A program made the position numbers and the translations under genes. Positions 1-8,515 of a DNA stretch of 64,000 bases are shown in pieces. The notes below the pieces were generated by a model, which did no database searches, was not told the DNA's origin, and saw nothing but the letters and a program-made list of their open reading frames with translations. Each line of letters opens with the position of its first letter. The first letter of the stretch is position 1. Source of the DNA: Ignavibacteriota bacterium (GTDB lineage: Bacteria; Bacteroidota; Ignavibacteria; UBA10030; UBA6906); contig CAWDEM010000008.1 of the NCBI GenBank assembly GCA_963801355.1, forward strand, positions 1,568,001-1,632,000, written 5' to 3'.

Positions 1-484
1 CCGTGATCTGGAGAACGCTCGCAATCTCTTCATAGCGTTGCTCCTCAAAATAGAAGAGCAGCATCACTGTCCGGTATCGTTCCGGCAATTTCTGAAGTTC
101 GGCGCTGAAGATTTCGTGCCGCTCTTCAGCCACAAAATGCTCCAGCGCATCCTGTTCCGCCGATGCGATGACATACTCTCCGCCGGCCAGCGCAATTTCA
201 TCGAGAGAAGCCCCGGACGTCCGCCGGCGCGAAATGCGCGTGACGCAGGCATTGTACAGAATCCTGTAGAACCATGTGCCGAATTGCGATTCACCACGGA
301 ATTCCGCAAGGGAACGATACGCGCGCACGAACGCATCCTGCACAGTCTCCTCCGCATCCTCCCTGTTACCAAGAAGACGACTGGCGAGCGAGAAGGCCCG
401 GTCCTTGTACCGGTCCACCAGAACGCCGAATTGCCGCACATCTCCGGCGAGTATGCGGGCAACGATATCACGATCCGTGTTCAT
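1..484 (-). CDS. ECF RNA polymerase sigma factor (sigma-70 family), 3' end runs off the window
   Basis: Not in the ORF track because there is no stop codon. Manual translation from ATG at 484 gives MNTDRDIVARILAGDVRQFGVLVDRYKDRAF...AEETVQDAFVRAYRSLAEFRGESQFGTWFYRILYNAC (region 2) ...LPERYRTVMLLFYFEEQRYEEIASVLQIT (region 4). Confidence 0.93.
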   Translation of the reverse strand, partial: MNTDRDIVARILAGDVRQFGVLVDRYKDRAFSLASRLLGNREDAEETVQDAFVRAYRSLAEFRGESQFGTWFYRILYNACVTRISRRRTSGASLDEIALAGGEYVIASAEQDALEHFVAEERHEIFSAELQKLPERYRTVMLLFYFEEQRYEEIASVLQIT

Positions 485-492
485 CAACAGTT

Positions 493-523
493 CTTTAGAC
501 TACTCCCGGGCGAAAATGTTGCA
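493..523 (-). promoter_or_regulatory. Putative ECF-type promoter for the sigma factor gene (autoregulatory, near-leaderless)
   Basis: Minus strand TGCAAC-N17-GTCTAAAG, which has the AAC/GTC pattern typical of ECF promoters and is mirrored at 551-582. Confidence 0.6.
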
Positions 524-550
524 GCTTCGCACGATTGCGCAGTCCCGGGA

Positions 551-582
551 CGCAACATTCAGGGCTATCGTGAGGTCCAAAG
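551..582 (+). promoter_or_regulatory. Putative ECF-type promoter for the DUF6249 gene
   Basis: CGCAAC-N18-GTCCAAAG; shares GCAACATT and GTCYAAAG with the divergent copy. Confidence 0.55.
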
Positions 583-628
583 GATCAGGAAGTCACCACA
601 CAGCACATCAAGTCAGAAAGGAGCTCCC

Positions 629-979
629 ATGGACGCCGGACCGATAATCGCTACGGTGTGTTTCTTCTCCTGCATAGTGATCATCTGGGGGGGAATAATC
701 CTTACCCGTCACAAGGAAAAAATGACGATTCTCGAAAAAGGTTTGAACGCAGAAGAGATCAAGAGCCTGTACGGGCGAACCTTGAAGCCCTACAACCCGC
801 GGGCGCCTCTTATGTGGGGCATCGTGTTTACTTCCCTCGGACTGGCAGCGCTCCTCAGCCTGATCCTTGTCGACTGGTATAACATCGATGGGGGCGTCAT
901 ACCCGGGCTGATAGTGCTCTTCGGCGGGATTGGACTCATAGTGTTTCACGTCATCGCCGGGAAGAAGGAAACTCACTAG
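629..979 (+). CDS. DUF6249-like small membrane protein (116 aa)
   Basis: AAGGAG SD before ATG 629. One TM helix, then RHKEKMTILEKG, then two more TM helices. The ORF track start at 38 is an over-extension across the sigma gene. Confidence 0.75.
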   Translation: MDAGPIIATVCFFSCIVIIWGGIILTRHKEKMTILEKGLNAEEIKSLYGRTLKPYNPRAPLMWGIVFTSLGLAALLSLILVDWYNIDGGVIPGLIVLFGGIGLIVFHVIAGKKETH

Positions 980-999
980 GCCAAGCCGCGAGGCCGAAG

Positions 1000-1037
1000 T
1001 CAGACCCCTGGCGTGCAGGGCGTCTACAGGGGTCTGA
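1000..1037. repeat. REP-like inverted repeat between convergent genes
   Basis: TCAGACCCCTG (1000-1010) and CAGGGGTCTGA (1027-1037) are perfect 11-bp arms around a 16-nt loop. Confidence 0.7.
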
Positions 1038-1044
1038 TCCGGAC

Positions 1045-1085
1045 CGATTGACAATAGTCAATAGTCCATTGACTATTGTCGATCG
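1045..1085. repeat. 41-bp palindromic element with 7-bp periodicity
   Basis: CGATTGACAATAGTCAAT-AGTCC-ATTGACTATTGTCGATCG has 18-bp arms with one mismatch and overlaps the stop of the 1073..1318 gene. Confidence 0.85.
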
Positions 1086-1318
1086 TTTGACTCAGGGAAA
1101 TTCGACGCTTTTCCCTTCGCTTCCTCATCCAGACGCTTCTGGCGTGTAAGTATGAGCCGCAACGCAATCCGGATTGCGAACAGCGTCAGCGCCACCGAGA
1201 ACAGCGGCCAGTGCCACGACCGGGGCACCAGCTGAAAGAATACTATCGCCACCATGGCAAGCATGACCACAATAGCGACCATGCCGTACATGTTAACCCC
1301 TCTGTTCGTTACCTGCAT
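1073..1318 (-). CDS. Small hypothetical membrane protein (2 TM helices, 81 aa)
   Basis: GAGGAG SD upstream, two hydrophobic segments and a charged tail; lies downstream of mnmA in the same orientation. Confidence 0.7.
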   Translation of the reverse strand: MQVTNRGVNMYGMVAIVVMLAMVAIVFFQLVPRSWHWPLFSVALTLFAIRIALRLILTRQKRLDEEAKGKASNFPESNDRQ

Positions 1319-1345
1319 GTCTGCTCCTCTTCGTCTGGAAACACG

Positions 1346-2446
1346 TCAGGGGATGACCTCCTCAATGATTCCCCCTCCCACGACATCGTCCTCCTCATAC
1401 AGCACGACCGATTGTCCCGGCGTAATCGCGCGCCGGGGCTCGTCGAATAGCACCTCCAGCCGTCCATCCTCAAGCGTACGTGCACGCGCCGTTGAACCCT
1501 CATCTTTGTAGCGGACTTTCGCCGTCATCCGCATGGGCTCCCGGCATTCGGCATACTTGATCATGTTGACACTGCCGGCAACCAATCCCCGCGCCCTGAG
1601 GTCTGCCTCACGGCCAAGCTCCACCCTGTTCGCGTCCGCATCAATGCCCGTTACGTACAACGGCTCGCCCCGCGCGATACCGAGTCCCTTCCGCTGGCCG
1701 ATTGTGAAGAACGGATACCCCTTGTGCGATCCGATCGTCTGCCCATCCAATCTCAGTTCGCCGCCCTGCACACGCTGTTCGAGGCCGGGGACTCGCTCTT
1801 TCAGAAACCGTTCGTAGTTGTTGTCGGGAATGAAACAAATTTCGAAACTCTCCCCCTTGGCCGCCACGGGCAGACCGCGCCGGGCTGCGTAGTCACGGGC
1901 CTCCTCTTTGGCCATCCGGTCCAGCGGAAAGATCGTGCGCCGCAATGATTCCTGCGTCAGCCCCCAGAGCGCATAGGATTGGTCCTTCCTGCCGTCGAGG
2001 CCGCGCGATAACACCCACCGGCCGCTCCCGCTGTCACGGCGTACCGCGGCGTAGTGTCCGGTGGCGATTGCTCCCGCTCCCAGAGCTTCACTCTTCCGGA
2101 GCAGTTCCTCCCATTTGATTTTCCGGTTACACATCACACACGGATTCGGTGTCCTGCCGTTCAAATACTCCGCCACGAAATTGTCAATCACTTCCGCTGC
2201 AAACGGTGCACTGAAATCCAGAACGTAGTGAGGGATACCGAGGAGTGCTGCGACTGCGCGGGCATCATTAATGCCGTCGAGCGAGCAGCAGCTCGAGGCG
2301 CTGTCCGTATTGCCGCCGACATCTTCATACGCATACGTCTTGAGCGTGATGCCGATGACCTCGTAGCCCTGTTCCACGAGAAGCGCCGCCGCCACAGAAG
2401 AATCTACTCCCCCGCTCATCGCCACCACAACACGGTTCCGCACCAT
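1346..2446 (-). CDS. mnmA: tRNA 2-thiouridine(34) synthase MnmA
   Basis: AMSGGVDSS PP-loop, TPNPCVMCN, IATGHYA, KDQSY, TIGQRKGLG and ITPGQ motifs. Start set at ATG 2446. Confidence 0.97.
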   Translation of the reverse strand: MVRNRVVVAMSGGVDSSVAAALLVEQGYEVIGITLKTYAYEDVGGNTDSASSCCSLDGINDARAVAALLGIPHYVLDFSAPFAAEVIDNFVAEYLNGRTPNPCVMCNRKIKWEELLRKSEALGAGAIATGHYAAVRRDSGSGRWVLSRGLDGRKDQSYALWGLTQESLRRTIFPLDRMAKEEARDYAARRGLPVAAKGESFEICFIPDNNYERFLKERVPGLEQRVQGGELRLDGQTIGSHKGYPFFTIGQRKGLGIARGEPLYVTGIDADANRVELGREADLRARGLVAGSVNMIKYAECREPMRMTAKVRYKDEGSTARARTLEDGRLEVLFDEPRRAITPGQSVVLYEEDDVVGGGIIEEVIP

Positions 2447-2485
2447 TGCCCCGCCGTCTCCTCTCCGTTCTTCCACTGGCGCCGT

Positions 2486-3451
2486 TCAACCCCGGTGTGA
2501 CAGTTCATGCCAAATCAGCGCCGCCGCGCCAAGAACCGCCGTATTTCCTTCCGCCAATCCCGAGGGAAGCAGCTTCACTTTGTTCCGGAATATGTTCAAC
2601 ATGTACTGCTCCATATAGCGGTGCGTCGGCTCGAAGATCAGAGGGCCTGCGTGGGCAAGGCCGCCAAAGAGCACAATGGCTTCCGGACTGGTATGCGCGA
2701 CCGCTTCGGAAAGCTTCAGCCCGAGGATACGTCCGGTTACCTCGAATGCCTCCCTCGCAATGATATCCCCTCTCAACGCCGCATCAGTAATCATTTTGGA
2801 AGTAAGCTGCTCAAAGGAAATCGCCCGCAATTCAGAATCCTCGCGGCGGACAGCCAGCAATTCAAAGACCGTGCGGCAGATGCCGCCCGCCGAAGCGTAT
2901 GCCTCCAGACACCCCCGCCTCCCGCACCCGCACCAGCGGCCATTCACGTCGACAGTCGTATGCCCCAGCTCCCCCGCAAATCCATCCGACCCGTAGATCA
3001 ACTTGCCGTTTGCAACGAGTCCGCTCCCCACCCCCGTGCCAAGCGTGATCACAATGTAGTCTTTCATCCCTTTTGCCGCCCCGAACATTCCTTCCCCGAG
3101 AGCCGCGGCGTTGGCATCGTTCGTGATCACCACCGGGAGTGAGAAATGCCTCTTGAAAAGTCCCACGACATCCACGACTCCCTTCCAGCTCAGGTTCGGT
3201 GGACTCTCCACCGTGCCTCGGTAATAGTTGGCGTTGGGCGCACCTATGCCTATGCCGACCATCGTATGGGAGGATTTCAAGGAAACGAACCCGCCTTGAA
3301 CGGCCTCGACAACACGGTCGACAAACAACTCGGGTGGTTCATGGGCGTTCGTGAGTATCGATTCCTCGCGGTAACAACGACCTCCTTTGTCCACGAACCC
3401 GAATTTGGTATTCGTGCCGCCAACGTCAATGCCGACAACAACTTCTGTCAT
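2486..3451 (-). CDS. ROK family sugar kinase (glucokinase)
   Basis: GIDVGGT, NDANAAALGE, TLGTGVGSG, AGELGH and CGCGRRGCLE motifs; no N-terminal HTH. Confidence 0.93.
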   Translation of the reverse strand: MTEVVVGIDVGGTNTKFGFVDKGGRCYREESILTNAHEPPELFVDRVVEAVQGGFVSLKSSHTMVGIGIGAPNANYYRGTVESPPNLSWKGVVDVVGLFKRHFSLPVVITNDANAAALGEGMFGAAKGMKDYIVITLGTGVGSGLVANGKLIYGSDGFAGELGHTTVDVNGRWCGCGRRGCLEAYASAGGICRTVFELLAVRREDSELRAISFEQLTSKMITDAALRGDIIAREAFEVTGRILGLKLSEAVAHTSPEAIVLFGGLAHAGPLIFEPTHRYMEQYMLNIFRNKVKLLPSGLAEGNTAVLGAAALIWHELSHRG

Positions 3452-3492
3452 GGTTTTTCCTGACTCAACGTGTATGGTCGCAGTTATCCAAT

Positions 3493-5454
3493 CTATGGCG
3501 GATCGATCTGAAAATCAACCTGTACAGCAAATTGAGCGTCACGCGAATTGCTGCGCCCGCCAACCACGCGCTCCGTTGAGGCGTAGTGCGCTGAAATGCG
3601 CCAGTCGGGAAGCGGCCGGCACATCACATGGCAATACCACCGGCGTCCGGTACCGGAGAGCAGTGTCAACCCCGAAAGCCCTTCCAGGGTCGTCTCAATG
3701 GCGTAGAGCCGGGAACCATAGGATTCTGACTGGAACAACGTCACACGTCCGGCGACGGCGATCCACCGGGCCGGTTCCCATCGCACCTCCCCTGCCGCCA
3801 TCCAACCGTGCTCATCCGCACCGGTGACCGGATCGGTGAACCGGAGTATTTCGATCCGGCCCCGGAGGCGCCATTGCACACCGCGTGTGAAATTCGCCGT
3901 GCAGTGAATCCTTCTGCGTGCTTCATCGGCAATCGCAGTACCCGGTCTTGCACCCGCAGCTGTCCGGATGCCCTGCTCGATCCACCTCTCTTCGCCGCGG
4001 ACGGTGAGCCTGAAGCCTTTCGCCAGATGCACTCCGGCCTCTCCCGCGATCTCCCTCCCTCCGGTGGGAAAGAGTCCCCCCGTGCTCCGCCAGGGCCTCC
4101 TGAATTGCAACACCTCCGCTTGCAGGTAGGAGTCGCTCGGCAGTGGGGTTTCAAGACTCCACCGCACTTCGCTCGAGTTGCGCACCGCCTCGCCAAATCC
4201 TCCTCCGAGCGCAAGAGGACTGTGAAATCCCGGCTGGCAGTAGCGGACGAGCAACTGCGCCGCACAGCGCTTCCCAACACTCATAGTAACCAACGCCGCA
4301 ATTCCCATCCCCCCCTGTGAGATCGCGTACTCCAACGCGCACCGTGCGAGCCCTGCCGCCGCCTGGCCGTCGATGCCCAATGTACCAAAGCCCTTCCCCG
4401 AAAGTTCGAACGGCCGATCGAACTTGATTGCATGATCGAACCACGACTGCACGGCGCTCACACCGATGCGCGCTGTTCCCGGAGCACGGAATTCGACGCG
4501 GCCACCGACGCACGAAAACAGCGCGGCATTTCTCCGCTCCACTGCCCGGGCGCTCCGGTACGCGCCTCCCGCCGCCAGACTCGTGATCTCATCCAGACTG
4601 TCGATCGAGGCGGCACACGGAGTGCGTGCGGCGAACAGGCAAGCTCGCACCTCCCCGCTCCCCGCAGGTATGCCAAGACTCACTCCCGCGCCGCGCAGAA
4701 AACCTTGCTCTCCTGAAGAGCGATGAGGAATGAAGCTGCCGCTCACCGGAGCGTTGAGAAAGGCATCCCTGCGCACTCCCTGACCCCAGAGCAACCCCAG
4801 TCCCGCCGTTGCCTGGAAATCTCCCAGGATGATTTGCCGTATACATCCCGCGGACTCATGCTGTACATATCCCGAAAGAGCCCCATCCCTGAGCCGCTCA
4901 CCCGCGTCGGCGACTCCCACCACTCCGGACTCCCAGCCTCTCGCGGGAGACACGACAGCACGCACATACCGCGAAACGTTTGGTCCCATGTACGAAGTGT
5001 CAGCGCCCGGTGTGCCGGGTAACGGCCGGAGCACACGTGAGCGAAGGGCAAGCATGTGCACGCGGCGCGGTGAGACGGTAACAAAAGGGCGGATCGTGGC
5101 CCAGACCCTCGAAGTTACACCCTCGATTCCGGCCAGGTCGAATGCAGACTTGAATGGCCCATGCGTCCGGCGATAGCGTTGTATCGCGCCGGCAGCCACC
5201 ATTGATATGCCGGGAAGGGCGAGCAACTCATCCTCGCCTGTCTCGTTGAGTTCAATCGGGTGCTCGCGGAACCAGACCAATCTCTCGAAGAGATCGCTGT
5301 CCATCTCTGTGCCGAGAAGTTGTTCGGCGATATCTTCCAGCGGCAGAATCGCAGAGGTATCAGGGGATTGGCTTAGCGTATCCGCGAAGTAGGTGCGGGC
5401 TGCACACGGTGTGCAGAGGACCAGAAGGGATGCCGCAGCGATGCACCTCTGCAT
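3493..5454 (-). CDS. ComEA-like helix-hairpin-helix protein with C-terminal beta-barrel-like region
   Basis: Signal peptide from ATG 5454, 1 nt after the upstream stop. HhH motif PIELNETGEDELLALPGISMVAAGAIQRYRRTHGPFKSAFDLAGIEGV, followed by long amphipathic beta-strands. Confidence 0.8.
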   Translation of the reverse strand: MQRCIAAASLLVLCTPCAARTYFADTLSQSPDTSAILPLEDIAEQLLGTEMDSDLFERLVWFREHPIELNETGEDELLALPGISMVAAGAIQRYRRTHGPFKSAFDLAGIEGVTSRVWATIRPFVTVSPRRVHMLALRSRVLRPLPGTPGADTSYMGPNVSRYVRAVVSPARGWESGVVGVADAGERLRDGALSGYVQHESAGCIRQIILGDFQATAGLGLLWGQGVRRDAFLNAPVSGSFIPHRSSGEQGFLRGAGVSLGIPAGSGEVRACLFAARTPCAASIDSLDEITSLAAGGAYRSARAVERRNAALFSCVGGRVEFRAPGTARIGVSAVQSWFDHAIKFDRPFELSGKGFGTLGIDGQAAAGLARCALEYAISQGGMGIAALVTMSVGKRCAAQLLVRYCQPGFHSPLALGGGFGEAVRNSSEVRWSLETPLPSDSYLQAEVLQFRRPWRSTGGLFPTGGREIAGEAGVHLAKGFRLTVRGEERWIEQGIRTAAGARPGTAIADEARRRIHCTANFTRGVQWRLRGRIEILRFTDPVTGADEHGWMAAGEVRWEPARWIAVAGRVTLFQSESYGSRLYAIETTLEGLSGLTLLSGTGRRWYCHVMCRPLPDWRISAHYASTERVVGGRSNSRDAQFAVQVDFQIDPP

Positions 5455-5455
5455 T

Positions 5456-6280
5456 TTACGGAAACGAGATGGTGAGACCGATGGCATGCGTGGCGCCGAG
5501 AATCCAGTGATATGCCAGCCCGTATTCCACCGCAACATCCCCCATGCGGAACGCGCACCCTCCGGAAACAACAGAGGGGTTGTCGATGATGCCCGCACGG
5601 AGAGTCATCCACTCGACGATGTCCGCCTCAACGCCACAACGGAGCTCCGGAGCAGAAAGGATCTCCTTTCCTGCAGAGACCGCAATGCGGAGATCAGGGA
5701 CCGGGGAGTACCAGACGCCGCCGGTGAGTTCCTGGGGGATCATTTCGCCCGATGTGCCGAGTGTGGATCCGGTCACGTTGGCATAGGCGCCCCCGATGGA
5801 AAGACTGGACGAACAGATGATCCGGATGCCCAGATCCATCGTGACTGCCGAACACGCACCGTAACCGTCGATTGCGAGCCGGTTGAGCTGGAACCTGCAG
5901 CCGAACTCGAGTCCGGACACGACACTCCGGCCGGCCGCGAGCCCGATCACGGTTTCATTGTAGAGGTCGTAACCGAACCGCGTGGCGGTGAGAGCCAGCC
6001 CTGTTCCTGCGACGGGCAGCAACAGTGCTCCGCCTGTGTACCGCAGTTCGCTCATTCCGAACAGCCCCGGAACATAGAAGAATCCGGCGCTATTCGAACG
6101 GCAGGCTGCCAATCCGGCCGGATTCACGAATGCCGTCCAGATAGCGGGGCCTGAGGCGACAGCCGCATTCCCGAGTGAGAGCGACTGGGGGCCCGTGGCA
6201 ACATGATCGAATGCCGCCAACGTCACCTGTTCCCGGAGGAACACTGCCAGTACGCCCGCGAAAACCGTGTGAAAAGACAT
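5456..6280 (-). CDS. PorV/PorQ/FadL-superfamily outer membrane beta-barrel protein
   Basis: GGAGG SD before ATG 6280; GPQSLSLGNA...AFVNPAGL N-terminal motif; alternating beta-strands ending THAIGLTISFP. Confidence 0.7.
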   Translation of the reverse strand: MSFHTVFAGVLAVFLREQVTLAAFDHVATGPQSLSLGNAAVASGPAIWTAFVNPAGLAACRSNSAGFFYVPGLFGMSELRYTGGALLLPVAGTGLALTATRFGYDLYNETVIGLAAGRSVVSGLEFGCRFQLNRLAIDGYGACSAVTMDLGIRIICSSSLSIGGAYANVTGSTLGTSGEMIPQELTGGVWYSPVPDLRIAVSAGKEILSAPELRCGVEADIVEWMTLRAGIIDNPSVVSGGCAFRMGDVAVEYGLAYHWILGATHAIGLTISFP

Positions 6281-6333
6281 AGCGATCCTCCACCAGTTAC
6301 TACACGCAGACAGACGGATTTGCGATGTGAGCA

Positions 6334-6362
6334 TTGAACTGGTGGAGAATTTGCAGTATATT
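6334..6362 (+). promoter_or_regulatory. Sigma70-type promoter for the DUF4835 gene
   Basis: TTGAAC-N17-TATATT, followed by an AAGGAG SD before ATG 6395. Confidence 0.6.
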
Positions 6363-6394
6363 CTTCCAGTAGACTGTCAGTACAAGGAGCCATC

Positions 6395-7300
6395 ATGTCC
6401 TTCCCACATCTCGCGAGATGCGGCGCGCTCGCAGCGTTCCTGCTTGTGTGCCCGCTGCCCGCACTAACGCAACAGGTGGATTGCACGGTCAATGTGAATT
6501 ATGAAGCCGTCGCCACCTCCAATAAGGATTTGCTGCGGGATTTTGAAAACGATATTCGGAACTATGTCAACAACTACCAGTGGGGGGAAGAGCAGCTCGA
6601 TGAGAAGGTGAAATGCACCATAGATGTGTTCATCCAAAATGTCACCGGCGAGAACAGGTATATGGCTCAGGTATTCATCGGCAGTCAGCGGCCGATCTTC
6701 AACTCGAAGCAGAGTACCGCGGTCGTACGGCTGTTCGACGAGGCCTGGGAGTTTACATACCTGAAAGAGCGGCCGATCAACCACAACCCGTACAGCTACA
6801 GCGACCTCGCGAGTTTTCTCGACTTCTACATTTACCTTATCCTGGGATACGACTACGATTCATACGAGAGACTGGGCGGGAGTCCATGGTTCCAGAAGGC
6901 CTCTGATGTCGCGAGCATGGGGCGCTCGAGCAGCCAGAAGGGATGGCAACCTGTAACGTCGGGCTACAGCAGAACGCAAATGGTGACGGATATTCTCAAT
7001 CCGACGGTCAACCCCGTGCGCGCAGGCTTCTACCGGTATCACTTCAGCGGATTGGATTCACTGGCGGCCGACAGGCCGAAGGCTCAGGAACGAATCAAGG
7101 GGGCACTGGAGCAGATCGGGATGGCTAGAAAAGCGATCGACAGCCGGAACCTGATGGTCAAGAATTTCTTTGATACAAAGTATCTCGAGATCGCCGACGT
7201 GTTTCTGGACTATCCCGATCCCGCGTTTTACATCATACTCTCAAAGATTGATCCCGCACACCAGAGTACGTACGACGAGTACCGCCTCAAGAAGCGGTGA
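6395..7300 (+). CDS. DUF4835 family protein (T9SS-associated PorD-like)
   Basis: Signal peptide then QQVDCTVNVN; SQRPIFNS, FYIYLILGYDYDSY and YRYHFSGLD motifs typical of DUF4835. Confidence 0.85.
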   Translation: MSFPHLARCGALAAFLLVCPLPALTQQVDCTVNVNYEAVATSNKDLLRDFENDIRNYVNNYQWGEEQLDEKVKCTIDVFIQNVTGENRYMAQVFIGSQRPIFNSKQSTAVVRLFDEAWEFTYLKERPINHNPYSYSDLASFLDFYIYLILGYDYDSYERLGGSPWFQKASDVASMGRSSSQKGWQPVTSGYSRTQMVTDILNPTVNPVRAGFYRYHFSGLDSLAADRPKAQERIKGALEQIGMARKAIDSRNLMVKNFFDTKYLEIADVFLDYPDPAFYIILSKIDPAHQSTYDEYRLKKR

Positions 7301-8408
7301 GCATTGAAAGGACCGCTGCAACCACGTGATCGGTCGTGATCATGCGGATGCAATGCGCCCCGTACCGTTCCCCCTCCGGAATACGATCCGCACAAACCCC
7401 CGCGGGGCAGGAAGGACAGTTCTCCCCGCCGCGAAGAATCCGGCACCGGTCGGATTCCGGATACACATTCCACTCGCGGTCATGAAACCGGCGGAAGAGT
7501 GCAAGCGTTCTCGCGCCTGCAGCCACGGCCAGGTGACGCGGGCCGGAGTCGTTCGACACCACCAGCGTACTCCGGGAGAACACACCTGCCAATCTCTGAA
7601 GATTTCCCTCCGTCGCCACCAGCGGCACCGCGTGACGCATGTGGGAGCGTACCTGTTGCAGGATATCTCCGTCAGCGTGCCCCCCGCACAGCAGGACAGG
7701 GATATGCAGTTCCTGCAGACGATCCACCAGAGCAGCAAATCTTTCCGGCGGCCATATCTTGTAGTCCCCGCTTGCACCCGGGTGGATGACCACCGGCGCT
7801 GCATTATCCCCGCACTGTTCTGCGATGCACTCCTTCGCCCAATCCATTGACTCGGGGCTTACAGCGAATTCCGTTGCGGTCGATACAACTTCCGCTCCAA
7901 GGGCACGGGCAAGGTCACAGTAGTACTCCAGGACGCCGCGATCGCTCTTCGCGATGTCGGGGGCCAGATTCAGGAGCCATCGGAGATTCTGGCGGCGCTG
8001 CCCTACGCGAAGTTTCGCGCCCGAGAGGTACGCCAGCACAGCAAAGCGGTCTTCAGGAAATGTGCAGATGGCGGTATCGAATTTCTGCGAACGGACCCAC
8101 CGGATAACACCCGATTCCGCACGCACACGGTGCACGCCCTTCAAAGCGCGCAGGGAACCACGGTGGAGTTCGAATACTCTGTCCACAGCGGCATTGGATG
8201 TGAGGACCCCTGCAGTTCCCCGGGGATCGGCCTTGCGAACGGGGCCGGGATCCCCGGCATCGGAGCTCTTGCCTCCGCGCCGCTGGAGGATGAGAACGGT
8301 GGTGCGGGATTCAGAAAAGGCGGATTTGAGGGCTCGCAGGGCAGGTGTGAGCAGGAGCAGGTCGCCGAGCTGCCCTTCTGCCAGAACAAGGATGTTGCAC
8401 GGGGACAT
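7287..8408 (-). CDS. Glycosyltransferase family 9 (ADP-heptose:LPS heptosyltransferase-like)
   Basis: LGDLLLLTPALRALK, IHPGASGDYKIWP and VSNDSGPRHLAVA motifs. Confidence 0.92.
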   Translation of the reverse strand: MSPCNILVLAEGQLGDLLLLTPALRALKSAFSESRTTVLILQRRGGKSSDAGDPGPVRKADPRGTAGVLTSNAAVDRVFELHRGSLRALKGVHRVRAESGVIRWVRSQKFDTAICTFPEDRFAVLAYLSGAKLRVGQRRQNLRWLLNLAPDIAKSDRGVLEYYCDLARALGAEVVSTATEFAVSPESMDWAKECIAEQCGDNAAPVVIHPGASGDYKIWPPERFAALVDRLQELHIPVLLCGGHADGDILQQVRSHMRHAVPLVATEGNLQRLAGVFSRSTLVVSNDSGPRHLAVAAGARTLALFRRFHDREWNVYPESDRCRILRGGENCPSCPAGVCADRIPEGERYGAHCIRMITTDHVVAAVLSMLTAS

Positions 8409-8420
8409 GGGGTACGGGTC

Positions 8421-8515
8421 TGAAGTCAGGGAAAAAAGCCTGAGGAAAAACTCAGACTTTAAAGTCAGACTTTGAAGTCAGGGAAAAAAGCCTGACATCA
8501 TGTTTCATCATGTTT
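8421..8515. repeat. Intergenic repeat cluster: two 23-bp direct repeats, interlocked palindromes and a 10-bp tandem duplication
   Basis: TGAAGTCAGGGAAAAAAGCCTGA at 8421-8443 and 8473-8495; GACTTTAAAGTC palindrome between them; CATCATGTTT twice at 8496-8515. Confidence 0.85.

Noticed and set aside
38-628. N-terminal part of the 313-aa plus-strand ORF and the 135-aa minus-strand ORF 64..471
   Set aside because: Both overlap the real ECF sigma frame, which the ORF track missed because it has no stop inside the window.
8421-8495. Possible two-repeat mini-CRISPR
   Set aside because: There is only one spacer, it is built from repeat fragments, and there is no leader or cas gene; kept as a repeat finding.
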